Positions 1 through 12,869 of a DNA stretch of 64,000 nt are shown in pieces. Positions within the stretch are counted from its first letter, which is position 1; the number at the start of each line of letters is the position of its first letter. Below the pieces are notes generated by a model that was given only the letters and a program-made list of their open reading frames with translations, made no database searches and was not told the origin of the DNA. Source of the DNA: Octopus sinensis (taxonomy: Eukaryota); the NCBI RefSeq assembly GCF_006345805.1, contig NC_042999.1, positions 136,710,001 to 136,774,000 of the forward strand, read 5' to 3'. The position numbers and the translations under genes were made by a program.

Positions 1-72
1 TGTACATTCACTTACTCTTATTTCATTTGCCACATATAAGTAAGATAAAGATATAGCTATCGTTTTAGACAC

Positions 73-745
73 AGGCATGACTGTGTGGTAAGAAGCTTGC
101 TTCCCAACCACATGATTCCAAGTTCAGTCCCACAGCATGGCACTTTGGGAATGCATCTTTTACTTTAGCCTTGAGATGACCAAAGCCTTGTGAGTGGATC
201 TGGTCAACAGAAATTGAAAGGAGCCTATAACGATTTCATCTCGAGCCCATCTCATTTTGTTATGTTTTGGTTCCATTCCTAGCAAGTTTCTTGCCAGTGC
301 ATCCAGAGTGGAAGCAATATTATCAATACTGGCTGAAATTGCATTTGACCCTCAGGCTGATAACTGATGAAGAGTTGGTGACCTTCTGTGTTTTCTATTC
401 ACCTGTATATTTAGTATATGTTCATTTATTTATTTACTACATTTTCATATATATATATATATATATATAGGTATGTCATTTTTCTGTTTGTTTTCTATTT
501 AATCCTGAAAATATATATATGTATATATCTATGTGTGTGTGTGTCTGTGTTTGTCTCCCCATCACAGCTTGACAACTGGTGTTGGTATGTTTTGTCACTG
601 TAACTTAGCAGTTCAGCAAAAGAGAACAATAGGATAAGTACTAGGCTTTAAAAAAAAGTCCTCGGGTTGATTTGTTCAACTAAAACCCTTCAAGGCAGTG
701 CTCTAACATGGCCGCAGTCTAATGACTGAAATAAGTAAAAGAATA
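73..745 (+). mobile_element. tRNA-derived SINE, family A, interrupted by an unrelated insert at ~228-510
   Basis: Head caggcatgactgtgtggtaagaagcttgcttcccaaccacatg...gttcagtccc and tail ...gactgaaataagtaaaaga. Matches the copy at 9722-10080 and reverse copies elsewhere in the window. Confidence 0.8.
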
Positions 746-751
746 TTTTTT

Positions 752-1097
752 ATCTTTTACTTGTTTCAGTCACTGGAACTGTGCTCATGCTGGAGTACCG
801 CCTTGAACAAATCAACCCCAAGACTTATTTTTTTAAGTGTAGTACTTATTCTATCACCCTCTTTTGCTGAACCACTAAGTTACGGAAGACATAAACGTTC
901 AAACTGAAGACAGTTGTCAAGTGGTGAGGGTACAAACACTCACACACACTTATGATGGGCTTCCACACAGTTTCCACCTACCAAATTCATTCACAAGGCC
1001 TTGGTTGGCCTGGGGCTAAGTTAGAAGACACTTGCCATAGCTACTGTACAGTGGGTTTGAACTCAAAACAACCATGGTTGCAAAGTGAGCTTCTTAA
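752..1097 (-). mobile_element. SINE family A, reverse copy, tail-to-tail with the preceding copy
   Basis: Begins cttttacttgtttcagtca (reverse complement of the family tail) and ends ...catggttgcaaagtgagcttctta. Confidence 0.8.
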
Positions 1098-2814
1098 ACA
1101 TTAATTAATTAAATCTAAATTAATTTTCAATTATGGTGGTTGTTTTTGGCTGAAATCAACATAAATTTACTGAATGCTTCCTCAGCAGTGTTATGAACTA
1201 TCTCTTTTAACTCTCATAGCAAGAGAATGTTCAGTTTGTGACTGAAATTAAATTTGGAGGAATTAAACCCAACCTGAACACACTGACTTAATGACTTATA
1301 CTTGTCACCTGGTGATGATTACAATTAAATTAATCCATTTAAAATGTTGCTTTATGAGGAATAACTATATAACATAAATTATAAGATTAACTATTCAAGA
1401 ATGTTTCATTTAAATCAAAATTTATTATTATACTTCTAAATTTTTTAGACACACTAATGTCTTATTTCATGAAATGTTGTTCAACCTGAGTGCTATGGTA
1501 CCCTGATGTACTACCAATAAGCCCTAGGATTATTGAACTCCAAGGTTTTGAACACTAATCTATATTAGACAATATGAATTTGATCTAAAAGTTATCAAGT
1601 AAAACTATCGCAGTTTGTCACATATTAAATATTGACACCGCAAGTCATATATTTTAATAACATTTATGAAACATTGGTTTATATCTTGTTAGTTTGGCTA
1701 TAAACAGGAAGACTTACGCAATCTAGTAAACTTTCTTCACAAATGACTGCCTTACATTGTACTGCTGCTTCTGTTGTGGTTTCCTATTCGTATTTCACTA
1801 TTTTTAGACATTGCAAGCTGAATTCAATAAGTTTAGGGAGGCTTTTCTGCTCCAGCTAAATTGTCATTTGCCAATCAGATGTTTTATAAAAATAGGAAAG
1901 AATGAATGGAAAGAGGAACATTATTAATAAGCCATTGTTATTGGTATTCATCTCCAGATGAACCTATAATCAAATGCCTTCCAGTTGTAATAATCTCATC
2001 TTTCTGAAAGTGTAGTACTATATCATCTAATATGTACTGTTCTTATTTAAGCTTTTATATCTGGTGGAGTAACATAAATGTTATATCAAGACATTAAACG
2101 TCTTGCAATATTTAGTTGCATTCTTTCACATTCTGAGGTCAAGCCCACCTCCACCCTCAGCCAAATTTAGCATCTCATTTCCCTTTGATTTGATTCATCT
2201 TTTACAAAATAAGAATGCAATGTTAGCTGTAATATATGTTGTATAATTTAGTATTATGTCTTATATTGTTGTATACAATCTTTTTTTTTTTGTCTTAGGT
2301 CATAATGTAACTAAGAAAATAGATTGTTTTTCTTGCACAATAGAAGTGTGGAACTTAGTAATGCCAATTTCTTTAATCACTCAGCTCGCACAGTGCCCAT
2401 CTGTTGAGCTTTTTAAAATTTTCAATTTTCAATAAATGGGCAACATTCCTGCTTTTCTTATGTCTATTTAAATAATGGCCCTCAACTGTTTGTTATCAGT
2501 TAAAGGAATCCCCATAGAAAGTTGGTCTTAAACTCCTTTGTAATAGCCTAGAGAACTACAATAAATAGGTGAGGGCTGAGAACTAAACCCAAGTGGACCC
2601 ACCTGTCTATTTTCTAAATTTGTTCCTGAACTCATTGCTAATTTTATGAACTGCATGGCCATTACAGGTTCCTTATCTACCCCATTTCTCCCTAATTTCC
2701 TCAGTGGCCACAAAACTAGTGTGGAGCCCTGTCAAAGTCCTTCACCAGCTCAACAGATGTTAGGCATAGGAACTTACTCTCAGTGCAGAACCAAACTGCA
2801 TCCTAATCAGTTGT

Positions 2815-3130
2815 AATATAATTAACTTTTTCAGTAACTTTCATAACCAAGCTCATCAGTTTGACACTCTATAAGTCCTTCTCTGTAAAGCATTTCTTTG
2901 TCCTTGTAGTAGTTGATGATGATACTACTACACCAACAATAAGGTATGACACTTTCCTTGACTACCTGATTGACTATGCAAGTGACTAGTGTGTGACCAT
3001 TGCCAGATAGTTTCAGCACTTCTTCTTGATGTTCCAGCTATTTTCCCGATCTTCATCACACTTTTAACTGTATAGCTGTCAACTTCAGTGACTAGTCTGC
3101 TTTAGCAGTCTTTCTCCCATGCATTCTTCT
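2815..3130 (-). mobile_element. RTE-clade LINE fragment (region just upstream of the RT core)
   Basis: Minus ORF MLKLSG..LVTCIVNQVVKESVIP..WCSSIII.YYK.K resembles the RTE 'IP.DW..S.IV..YKGKG' segment. Degraded. Confidence 0.65.
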
Positions 3131-3399
3131 CATTCAAGAATCTTTTATGATAGTATATCCATGCTTCTTTCTCTACAGCATCAGTGAGGATATGTGCACT
3201 GCTATCATTATATACACACGTCTTCTCCAAAATGTCTTAGTTCATTTCAGTGCAATCCAGAACACTTCATGTGTTTGTGTTTGATTTTTATGTTACAAGG
3301 CATGCACCATTCTCTAATTTTTACCTTTTCACCTTGTTAAGTATATCCAGAAATATATTTATTTAAGAATATTAGTCATTCTGCAAAAACAGTTACTAG

Positions 3400-4670
3400 A
3401 AGTGTCTAAGACATAGGCAACATCTTAAACAACTAAAAGAATGAACACAAGATTTCCTGTGATTTCCTCTGGTTATTGCTTCATCAATTTGTGTTTGTTT
3501 ATTTATTTTGATTAAGATGTTGTCTGTGTAATTCAATGTTGTCAGTGCTCATTCAGAGAATTAATTCTAACTTTGAAGTGATAGAAAATATTAAGTTACT
3601 GTGGGTATTATGCTTGGAAGAACTACTTGGGAAGACATTTTCAAAGAATTGAAATAAACATTAAATACAAGCTGTTTAGGAAATGTCTAAAATGTGTTAA
3701 GCCTGTTGGTGGAAAAAATGTGTTTCGTGAGACAAATCTACAAATCTTGGCAGAGTATGGGATATATGGAAATGTATAATATTTCACAGCGTCATTCAGC
3801 AGCAGGCACTTAGAAAATATTTAGCACTGTCATGTGTTATAGAGCTAGTTGTATCAACAAAATTTTATTCAAACACGTGTTCAGTTATTGCCAGTTTTAA
3901 ACATTTGAAGAAGAAATAGAAGCTGAATATAGCAATTTGCTATGCCACACTTCTGTCTGATAACTGAATAGTTGTAAAGTTATCTCAGAATTGTTTTAAC
4001 TTTGGATGGTGGCTGACATCTTTGAGTGAAAAAAATCATAGCTGCTATTTCCAAAGGATGAATAGTTGTGGAAATTGGCCTTCTCGGTTGACTGATTGAT
4101 GCATTTTAACAAGCTTAACCTTTAATTACAAGGCAAATCTAAACTTGTATGTGACATATACTCTGTAATGAAAGCTTTTTACCATAAAATAGTTTTTCAC
4201 CCCCAGCTAATGATAAATAACTTTAACCATTTTCCCATCTGAAAAAAAATACAGCAGATTCTCCACTTTCTTTCAAAGTCAGTTCAGACATTCTTACTAG
4301 TTTTGATGCTTCAGTTTCAACAGCATATTTTAGATGTCAGTGAAAATGCATCATTGAGAAACTTCTGCCAGATCATCAACTTGATTGGCTTTTATTATTG
4401 GCACCCAGATGAAGGCTTTTATAAATAATACCCAGATGAAGGATATAATTCTTTGAAATCTTTTTCAGAGATATTGATAGTATTTATTACTACTTATTTA
4501 TGTGCAAAATACATTTTCAAAGATAAACTATATTGAATCCATTCATAGTCCAGTGCTAATTGGTCACCACTTGCAGTAGGTTTGGATTACAGGAACCGCA
4601 AAATTTAAAATTTAGTTTAACAATATTTTGTCACAAAGAAAGAATTTCATAGTTCATATTGTTTGAGATA
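3400..4670 (+). mobile_element. Decayed hAT (Charlie/Buster, GTF2IRD2-like) transposase remnant
   Basis: Frame-shifted motifs FHSVIQQQAL (HCxxHQxAL), EEIEAEYSNLLCHTSV**L (HTxVRWL) and LAFSVD..HFNKLNL*LQGK. Confidence 0.7.
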
Positions 4671-4689
4671 GACGGAAGTTTTTGAAAGT

Positions 4690-5270
4690 TGTGGGTCATC
4701 CCATAAATAATGAGAATTTTTTCAATTGCATGAACTAAAAGTCAAAGGGGGACAGGATGATCTACCTGCATCACCTTGCTATAAAAGCAGGTAGTAATTT
4801 TACCTTGTGGTTATTTTTAGTGTAAGTTTTGAAGAGTGCAGTTCAATTATAACAGTTACACTTTCAAAGTTATAGTGGAAGTGAAAAGGAGCATATTTGC
4901 ATATTTTGCTTTATGAGTTCAATAAAGGTAACAGTATAACAGAACGTGTGAGGAATATTAATGCAATATATGGGGATTGGACAATAAGTGTAAGCCAGTG
5001 TGAACAGTAGTTCCAGAAGTTCCAAGCCAGAAACTACAGCCTAGAAGACAAGCCTCATCCTGAAAGGATTGTAGAGCTTGACAAGGACGTCCTGCAAACC
5101 CAAAATCCCACCATAACTGTTGAGGAACTAGCAGAAAAGCTTAAATTTGATCATTCAACCAGTCATTTAAATCAGCACTAGAAGAAAAACAACCATCTTT
5201 GGTTTCAAGACAAAAGGTGTTCTTCCATCAGGATAATGCTCAGCCACATACAGTGAGGATGACATTCCAA
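4690..5270 (+). mobile_element. Internally deleted mariner transposon remnant
   Basis: EHICIFCFMS/LLYEFNKG...NINAIYGD.TISVSQC..FQKFQARNYSLEDKP HTH region, then FFHQDNAQPH (HDNARPH motif). Ends about 200 bp before exon A. Confidence 0.8.
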
Positions 5271-5480
5271 CACTAAACCGTATCAAACTTAAAAACATTG
5301 ATGGAATCAAAATTCTAAAAGTAAATTAAGTAAGTAGACAATAGATGAAGAAATAGGAACCAGTGGTGATGTCATTTTAAATAGTGGTACTTCATTGATT
5401 TGTTGCTTAATTAGTTAAGGAAATATTTATTTTATGAAAGAATAGCTGTTTCAACAAAAGTATTATTGATTTAATTACAG

Positions 5481-5622
5481 GTATTTATTGCCAATTCAAA
5501 TGGACATGATGTCAAGAAAAATACCCTCGCATTTCCCATAAGGGCACAATATATCAAATTTCGTCCACAGCGTTGGAGTTCCTCAATGTCACTGAGGGTA
5601 GAAATTTATGGATGTAGTTTTG
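5481..5622 (+). CDS. Nrx-IV: Neurexin IV/Caspr-family exon A: C-terminal part of discoidin (F5/8 type C) domain
   Basis: ttacag|GTA...TTTG|gtaag. Translates VFIANSNGHDVKKNTLAFPIRAQYIKFRPQRWSSSMSLRVEIYGCSF, with the discoidin C-terminal PIxAxxIxFxPxxW...LRVEIYGC motif. 142 bp, phase 0->1. Confidence 0.93.
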
Positions 5623-5920
5623 GTAAGTTTAAGATTTTGTGTTTAATTTGAATAGGGAATTTATTTGTTGGTGTTTTCAAGTTGTTAAGCATGCAAAGTG
5701 CTTAAACATTCCTAAAGAATCGCATTTTCTAAGATGTGAATATTCTTTTAATTGTGTGTTAATGAATTAGTAATTTAGAAATTAAAATTGTCAACATTAT
5801 AACCCATACATTTTCTTTTTCCTTATTAATTTATAATAAAATACAATTTTTAGAGTCTTTTGTAGCTTTGTTTACATGTAAAGATTTTAGCAATAATTTT
5901 TGTTTTAACGTATATTACAG

Positions 5921-6130
5921 AATCTGACGTCGGCTTTTTTGATGAAAAGACATACATTACCTATGACCTCACCAACTTGCCAATACCCATACATACTGAA
6001 CAAGATCTTCTTAGAATTCATTTCAGAACCAGTAAACCTGATGGTGTTCTTTTCTATACAAATGGTGACCAAGGAGACTATCTTGCTATAGAATTGAAGA
6101 GGGGATACTTGTATCTTCATATTGATTTAG
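5921..6130 (+). CDS. Nrx-IV: Exon B: start of laminin-G domain 1
   Basis: ttacag|AATCT...TTAG|gtgag. ESDVGFFDEKTYITYDLTNLPIPIHTEQDLLRIHFRTSKPDGVLFYTNGDQGDYLAIELKRGYLYLHIDL(G), with the LamG FRT..DG.L...G..GDY motif. 210 bp, phase 1->1. Confidence 0.95.
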
Positions 6131-9100
6131 GTGAGTATTTTTTTAATTCATTTTCAGATTGTTTGAAAGTCAGATAATCTAGTATTAGATTAATCTTTTT
6201 GAAAAATGATACCTGCCTGCTGTCAGTTACAATTTAGATTTTGGATAATATAGAAAGCATAAATTGGAATCTGTTTAACATTTAACTTCCTCAAAGCTAA
6301 GAACTAAAGAATCTGGGTTTTTTTGTTTTGTTTTTTGGGGTTTTTTTTGGTGGTGGTGGGGGTTCTTTCTCTTTGGAGTCCATCAGATGAGTGCTGTACC
6401 AATATCCTGTGTCTGATTTTCATGAAAGTTCCATAAAGAAAGATAGAATTCTACAGATTTTCAGTCTGAGTTTTGGTTTGTGAGACATAGATACAATAAG
6501 TTTAATGATTTCATTATAGATGCATTATTTATAGAGTTTTTACTTTTGTTAACTTGGAATTCACTTCTAAATAGAAAATAGTAAAACAAGCAATTCCTAA
6601 GGAACAATCTTTTTTTACTACACTGTAAATAGCTACTGGGGTCTAGGAGAGTTGTCTTGTTTAGAATAAAAGAAAATTGCATTTCCAGGGAGATGGATTA
6701 ACATTAGATATTGTTGTCTCCTGTGGGAATTATATTTTAATATTGTCCTTGTTGTTAACAGCAGAAGAGAACGCCTGAAAATATGTTAAGATTTATACTA
6801 CAGAACTCAGAAAACTTTAATAAATATGGAAATAGAATATTAGAAAGATTTATTTTATATGCATGAAGCTCTGTGTGACATAGGCTTAAGGATGTTGCAT
6901 TGCTGATTTTATATCACTTTGTATTTGCTAGTATGGTTGTTTTTTTTTTATCTTTTAATTTTTGTCTTTGATTAGGTTTTTGATATATTGATAGCGAACT
7001 TGTATAGTCACAAGAGTCTATTACTCTGTTATTACTAATAATGTTGAGCAGATTATTGGAAAGTTGATTTAACTACTGCTTGAAATCTAAACTGATTGTA
7101 TTTTTTTTGTGTTTTACTTACTTTTGTCCATCTAGAGTCATATCATAAACTCAATGTTCTTCTCTATTTCTTTTTCTCCAAGTTATGTCAGCTATAAACA
7201 TACTCCTATCACCATGTAACTTTAAGATAAATACTATGTTCTCCACATCAACAGTCATAATTTCTAATTTATTTTTGTTTTATGGTTATCATATTCTCTT
7301 ATCTTTTTGACATTAGCCAACTTAAGAAAGTTTAAACTTTTAAACTACTTGTATAATTAAAGAGAAATTATTTAACAGAAACCATCAGATATTTATCGCC
7401 AACATTTTATCTTGCTAGTATCTTTCAATTTGTTTTTGTTGCTGCTAATTTTGTATTAATTTTCACAACTTAATATGAAATACTTAGTATACATATTCAG
7501 AGTTATGTAAGAAGCACTTCATTTATAGTTCCAATCCTTTTAACTCATGTATCTTCATTGTTTATATGTCTGATAGCTGCTTTATTTCCATTTCATTTTA
7601 TTCTCTCAAATTTTATACCATAGTTTCTTCTTACATCCTGTGTACGCATATATTCTCATTAACATCAATCCTGGTGTTTCCTAGAAATTTATTACCTCAT
7701 CAATGTTAAAGGTAGAAATAAATACAATTATCATCTTTACAAATTTTTCCTTGGAGACTTGTCATTTCTACATTAAAAAAAAGGTTGTAAACTCAAGTTA
7801 AAGATGTACAAATCTGTGTTAACTAAATTTGCAAGAATCTTGTTTTGTTTTCATGCTGTAAATTTGCTTATCTGACTTATAGAAATAGGCAATTTTGGGG
7901 AATTTTTGGAATATTTTGTTACCCTTGTATCAAAATGTGATTATTTAAAGTTTACAGTGACAAGATTACCAATCATCATCAGCATATTTTATCATTACCA
8001 GAATTGGATAGTAATTATAAAATAAATAATTAGTCTAGTTAATGCTAAATGATTCTTTGAAATGGAATTTGCTTCAGATAATTTAACCTTTTCCATTTCT
8101 AGCCAAATTATTTCTTTTGGTGTTATTGTAGATATTTCATAAACTCACCTGTTCTAAAGATATTACAGTTAATATAATCAAATTGTTACTGTAACATATA
8201 ACATACTTTTATGTCAACCTATCTGAATATTGATGAGTAACTATGTATTTGCAATTTGTTTCTTCTATATGTTCCTTGCATGCATTGCTGTGGCTGTTTT
8301 CCTTAGTTTAACATAATATTTGGCTGTGTTTTGGCTTTGGTTTTCCTATGTTAGAATGAAAGATGAATTTTGTCAGTTAACAATGATGGTTAAAATACAG
8401 AATGTTATACTGGATATTTGCTGCAGTTTAAATGGAGGAAAAATGTGTGAGAAACTATGTAAAGTTTGTTGTAAGGTCGAACAATAACTGTCATTGCACT
8501 TGTATCTAATTATGTGCCTGTAATATTATAGTTTCATTTCTATAGAATATGGACTGTTTTCAGTGTGTTTGCTTCATTCTTGTAAGCAATTCTCAGAAAT
8601 CTTCTCATTAGCTTGACTGATTGTATTTTTATGAGCTAGACTTTCGAACCAGTTATTGCAGTGTGAATGGAAAGCAAAGTTTATTGGCTTCTATTACTAC
8701 CATTGCCAACTCAGTTTTAAGGACAAACACTCACAATATGTAAAGAATTGCATTAGAAAAAAAAAGTCTCTTTTGAGACACTATGAATAAAATTTAATCT
8801 CTTACTGTAGTCATCATTCACAGTTTGAGTATACAGCAGGAAATACATTTGATTTAGAATGGGTCATATTTATTTCTGGTTAAACCATGGGCTTTTATGA
8901 CCAAGTGTATATTCCAAATACAATAAACTTTACATCACAAATCTATATCATTTGCATATATTTTTTATTACTTTTGGCAATGTAACTTTCAAGATATGAA
9001 TAAGCAAAATAGGTATTCCCCCACCCAAAGCAATTTATATCTCATTATGAAAATATCTTACATACATACTTGGTTTTGTTGAATCAGTTTTTAGCTGTGA

Positions 9101-9721
9101 ACTAAGTAGGTGGGATTACAGATTTGAAAAGAAAATACATTATTTTAAACTATTTGTGAAAGTGAAATATTGAAGACATATTTTGGGAAAAGCTTGTTGA
9201 AGTATTAAACACATGTTAGAGGTTTCTTTAATGATTTTCTTCTGCATGTGTTTGTATATGTATTTTTCAGCATATTAAATTGATTTTTAAAAATAGTATC
9301 TATTAAATGAAGATGTAGATGGCAAATTTAGTAATGTGGTAGAAACAAATTTGTTAAATCCCTTAATGTTCAAAGTTCAAATTATACTGGAGTTAACTGG
9401 GAATTTTGTCTTTCTTGGATTGATAAAATCTACATGGCTTAAGTATTGTCTTTTCCCGCACACTTTGCAGTCCCCATAACTACATTATTGATTTTTATTT
9501 CTCATAGCTTTGAAATGAAATGGTTTTATTAACAATTAAGACATAACCTAATATTCTTCATATCCAAAGCATAGAATTGAATTTTCAATAACTGGTATTT
9601 CAAAATTTTTCATTACTTTGTAGAAATTGAGTTTACCATGCCATTTAATATATTTATAACACATCAGTTTCACAATTGGCACCTTTCATCTACGTGTTGT
9701 TCACATTTGTATTGTAAAAGG

Positions 9722-10080
9722 TGCAGGCATGGCTGTGTGGCAAGAAGCTTGCTTCCAAACAACATGGTTCAGTCCCACTGCGTGACACCTTGGGCAAGTT
9801 TCTTCCACTATAGCCTTGGGTCAACCAAAGCCTTGTGAGTGGATTTAGTAGATGGAAACTGTAATAAACTCATTGTATGTGTGTTTATGTGTCCCCCCAC
9901 CACCACTGCTTGACAATTAGTGTGTTTACATCCCCATAACTTAGCAATTTGGCAAAAGAGATTGATAGAATAAGCACCAGACTTTAAAAATGTTCTGGGG
10001 TCAATTCATTCAACTAAAATTCTTCACGGTGGTGCCCCAGCATGGCCACAGTCTAATAACTGAAACAAGTAAAGAATAAA
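9722..10080 (+). mobile_element. SINE family A, near full length
   Basis: gcaggcatggctgtgtggcaagaagcttgc...ccccagcatggccacagtctaataactgaaacaagtaaag. Confidence 0.85.
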
Positions 10081-10099
10081 ATGATAATAGTTTCTTGGT

Positions 10100-10560
10100 A
10101 TGTATAGTGATTGTGACTTTGTGTTGTTGAAGGCAACAAACCAAGAATGGCCTGATTGTATGATGTTTTCAAAGTTTCCATTCATAGAGTCATTGTAGGT
10201 TTAGCATGAGGTATCTAGGTTGCATGTAGATGGTGTTAGGTGTGTGGAAAGTTAGGAAGGAATGGAGGGTGGTATTCTCTGCATAAGAGTGGGCATTGTT
10301 GAAGGCAATGGCAAGTAGATTGTTGATGACTAGGAGGAAGGATGTATGGGACAAAACCAAACTTTGGGGTACACCATAGTTGAAAGGGTTACAGAGAATT
10401 CCATCAGCAAAATACCATGATGAGGAAGTCCATGAGATTAGAGACAGATGGATCCCAGAGGCAGACAGTTTTGCCAAGAAATTTGTGTGGTTGGCACTGC
10501 TGATGTCAAGTACAATGACAATATTTTAACCAAATTTCTCAAAAAGCATATGTAATGTTA
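10100..10560 (-). mobile_element. CR1/L2/Jockey-type LINE reverse transcriptase fragment
   Basis: ORF 10190-10477: GVPQSLVLSHTSFLLVINNL...HSYAENTTL, a degenerate GVPQGSVLSP.LF...INDL...YADD. Confidence 0.75.
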
Positions 10561-12452
10561 GTGCAGATCCTGATGCTACTGGACTTTTCTGTCTTCTGCA
10601 ACTTGTTAGCTGTCTTAGCCCATGCTGTTTTTGTCTTTTCTTCCAATAGATTCTGAAATCAGAATCAAATCATCAGCACAGAAAAGTTGCAAAGAATAAC
10701 AAGTCCTAAGAATCTTGAAAAATATCGTTGTATATTCCTCACTGAGTTCAATACCAATCCTAACTTATATATAGTCTGAACTACACCACCTGCTTACAGA
10801 ACATGGAACCCAGTCGAAGGGTTTTTGTTTTAATCAATAAATGTAAAGTGTGGGTCTTGCTTTTTTTTTTTTTGTTCAGTTTACTTACTGGGAATAAGGT
10901 GTCCATGTTTCCACCTCTTAAGACAAATTAAAACTATATGTTGTTCAACTGAACTTTATCTTGTACTAACTAATATTATTAACTCTTCTACCATTTTCAT
11001 CAATCAATTCTTTAAGTCCCAACAGACTGCTCTACCATATCTAGCACTTAATAATTTTGCTGACATTGCAGCCATTAGAGTAAATACCTTTCTAGATAAC
11101 CTGATTTAACTATAACAGTGACTAATGTAACACCAGATCATTCCAGGCCATCATCAGCTCAATAAATACAGATTTAACTGCTACAAGTTTCACTTCTAGT
11201 CTCTCTTTCAAGTCCATTGTGGTTAGCCTCTCTCTCTCTTTTACCCCCACACATACATACGCTCAATTATATTCTTAGTTCAACACCTTCATTATGACAC
11301 CACCAGTCTTTGTCTTAATCTTTTCTGTGCTCATTTTATTTGGTAGTGCATTTGGTTAAAAATCAAATACTTCCTATTTACTATCGAGTTGCATTCATCA
11401 AACATTCTATGATTTAAGCAGTTTTATCTTTCTCACAACAGCCCTATTTCCGTATTGCCATGGATTTGTCAGTTCTGTTACACAGCAAAGTTATGTCATC
11501 CATGGTGCTCATCTTCTTGAGGTCTAACTTCATCATTTATTTCCATGTCCTCCCTCATTTTCCTCTATTGCAGACCTCTGTTAGCACAGATTTTTACACA
11601 ACACTCACTGTTTGTCTCCATACAAATACATTCATCTTTCCCACTAACTTCATCTGATATCTTTAATACCTTGATATTTTTCCAACATACTTGTACTCCT
11701 TTTTCATGCAGCTTAACACTACACATTGAAAGATCAGACTTAACCCATTTCTCTCCAGCCTTCCACTGGTCTTGTACATTCAATGCCTCTGTCCTATACT
11801 TTTTTACACTTCTTACAGTCTATTGTCTTTTGCACAAAGAGAAAACCATTTCATTACCACCAGAATAGCTTCTTTTGAACTTCTTCCAGCTCTTCCTTGT
11901 GCACCATAGTATTATATTGAACTCTGGTTTTTGTCATGTTGACTTTCAAGTTTTTGAACTCAAGTCTATTCTTTCTAGTTTAGAAAATGTTTCTGCATCT
12001 TTTCAACAGACCCTTCAAGTCATCAAGACATAAAATTAATTTCCAATTCTGAACTTTAGTATTAATTTTTAGGGACAAAAAGACTATAAGGAAATAGTGT
12101 GGTATTGAAGATAGAGGTCTTGTGAATGCCAGTATTCATAGCAGATTTTTCACAGTGCTATTCTTAATCTTTCTCACAACACCCTCATGTATTCCTTCAA
12201 TGGCTTTTACATGCCATTCATAAATATTTAAAAACCTCTTTATTATTAGTTTTTTTTTTCTAATTCTAGCATAACTCCTTTTGAGAAATTAGATTGCTTT
12301 ATAAATTTTTAAATCAATTTCTATATTTTAGTTTTCATCTACTTAAGTCTTTAAATTTTCTGTTGTGAAATATAATAGCAAAAAGTTATATTGAAGTGGA
12401 GCAAACTGATTTGAAAGAAGGTGAATATATAATTTTGTTTTAATGATGACAG

Positions 12453-12631
12453 GTTCAACACAAATGAGCCGTGGAGCCTCTACACTAGTGGGAGGAAGCA
12501 TGTTAGATGATCATCAGTGGCATGATGTAATCTTACAACGTAAAAAGAAGAAAATCACATTAATAGTTGACCGTTTGGAGACTATTGAAGATGCCAATGG
12601 CGATTTCTTTCGGTTGGACATTGACAGTAAG
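12453..12631 (+). CDS. Nrx-IV: Exon C: laminin-G domain 1 (middle)
   Basis: gacag|GT...AAG|gtaagg. GSTQMSRGASTLVGGSMLDDHQWHDVILQRKKKKITLIVDRLETIEDANGDFFRLDIDSK, with the Caspr-type GSxLDDxxWH motif. 179 bp, phase 1->0. Confidence 0.95.
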
Positions 12632-12869
12632 GTAAGGAAGTATTTTAAGCCTTTCTTTATTCTGTAATATATTGACATTGTTTCTATGTTTCATCAGTGG
12701 TAACTTAAATTCAGAAATATGACTAGTTGTATATTTCTGAGTTGCACTTTTCTTGACATGTGATTTAATCCCAGATCATAAGACTAAAACATTTATATTG
12801 TAGTGGGCATTGAAGCCATCAAAACATACAGGCACCTATAGTCATGACCTATATTATATAGGTCATGAA

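Noticed and set aside
330-395. ctgatga motif in the insert within the first SINE
   Set aside because: No downstream GAAA and stem arrangement. Possibly a Penelope-like remnant, but not supportable.
4404-4460. Hammerhead-like cAgatga-aggatataattcttt-gaaa
   Set aside because: The core is mutated and there is no convincing stem I or III.
1-5480. Upstream or mutually exclusive discoidin exons, as in Drosophila Nrx-IV
   Set aside because: No discoidin-like spliceable reading frame was found by eye; earlier exons are probably outside the window.
12675-12700. Minus-strand CTGATGA-aacata-GAAAC-aat-GTC
   Set aside because: Stems I and II cannot pair, so this is a chance match.
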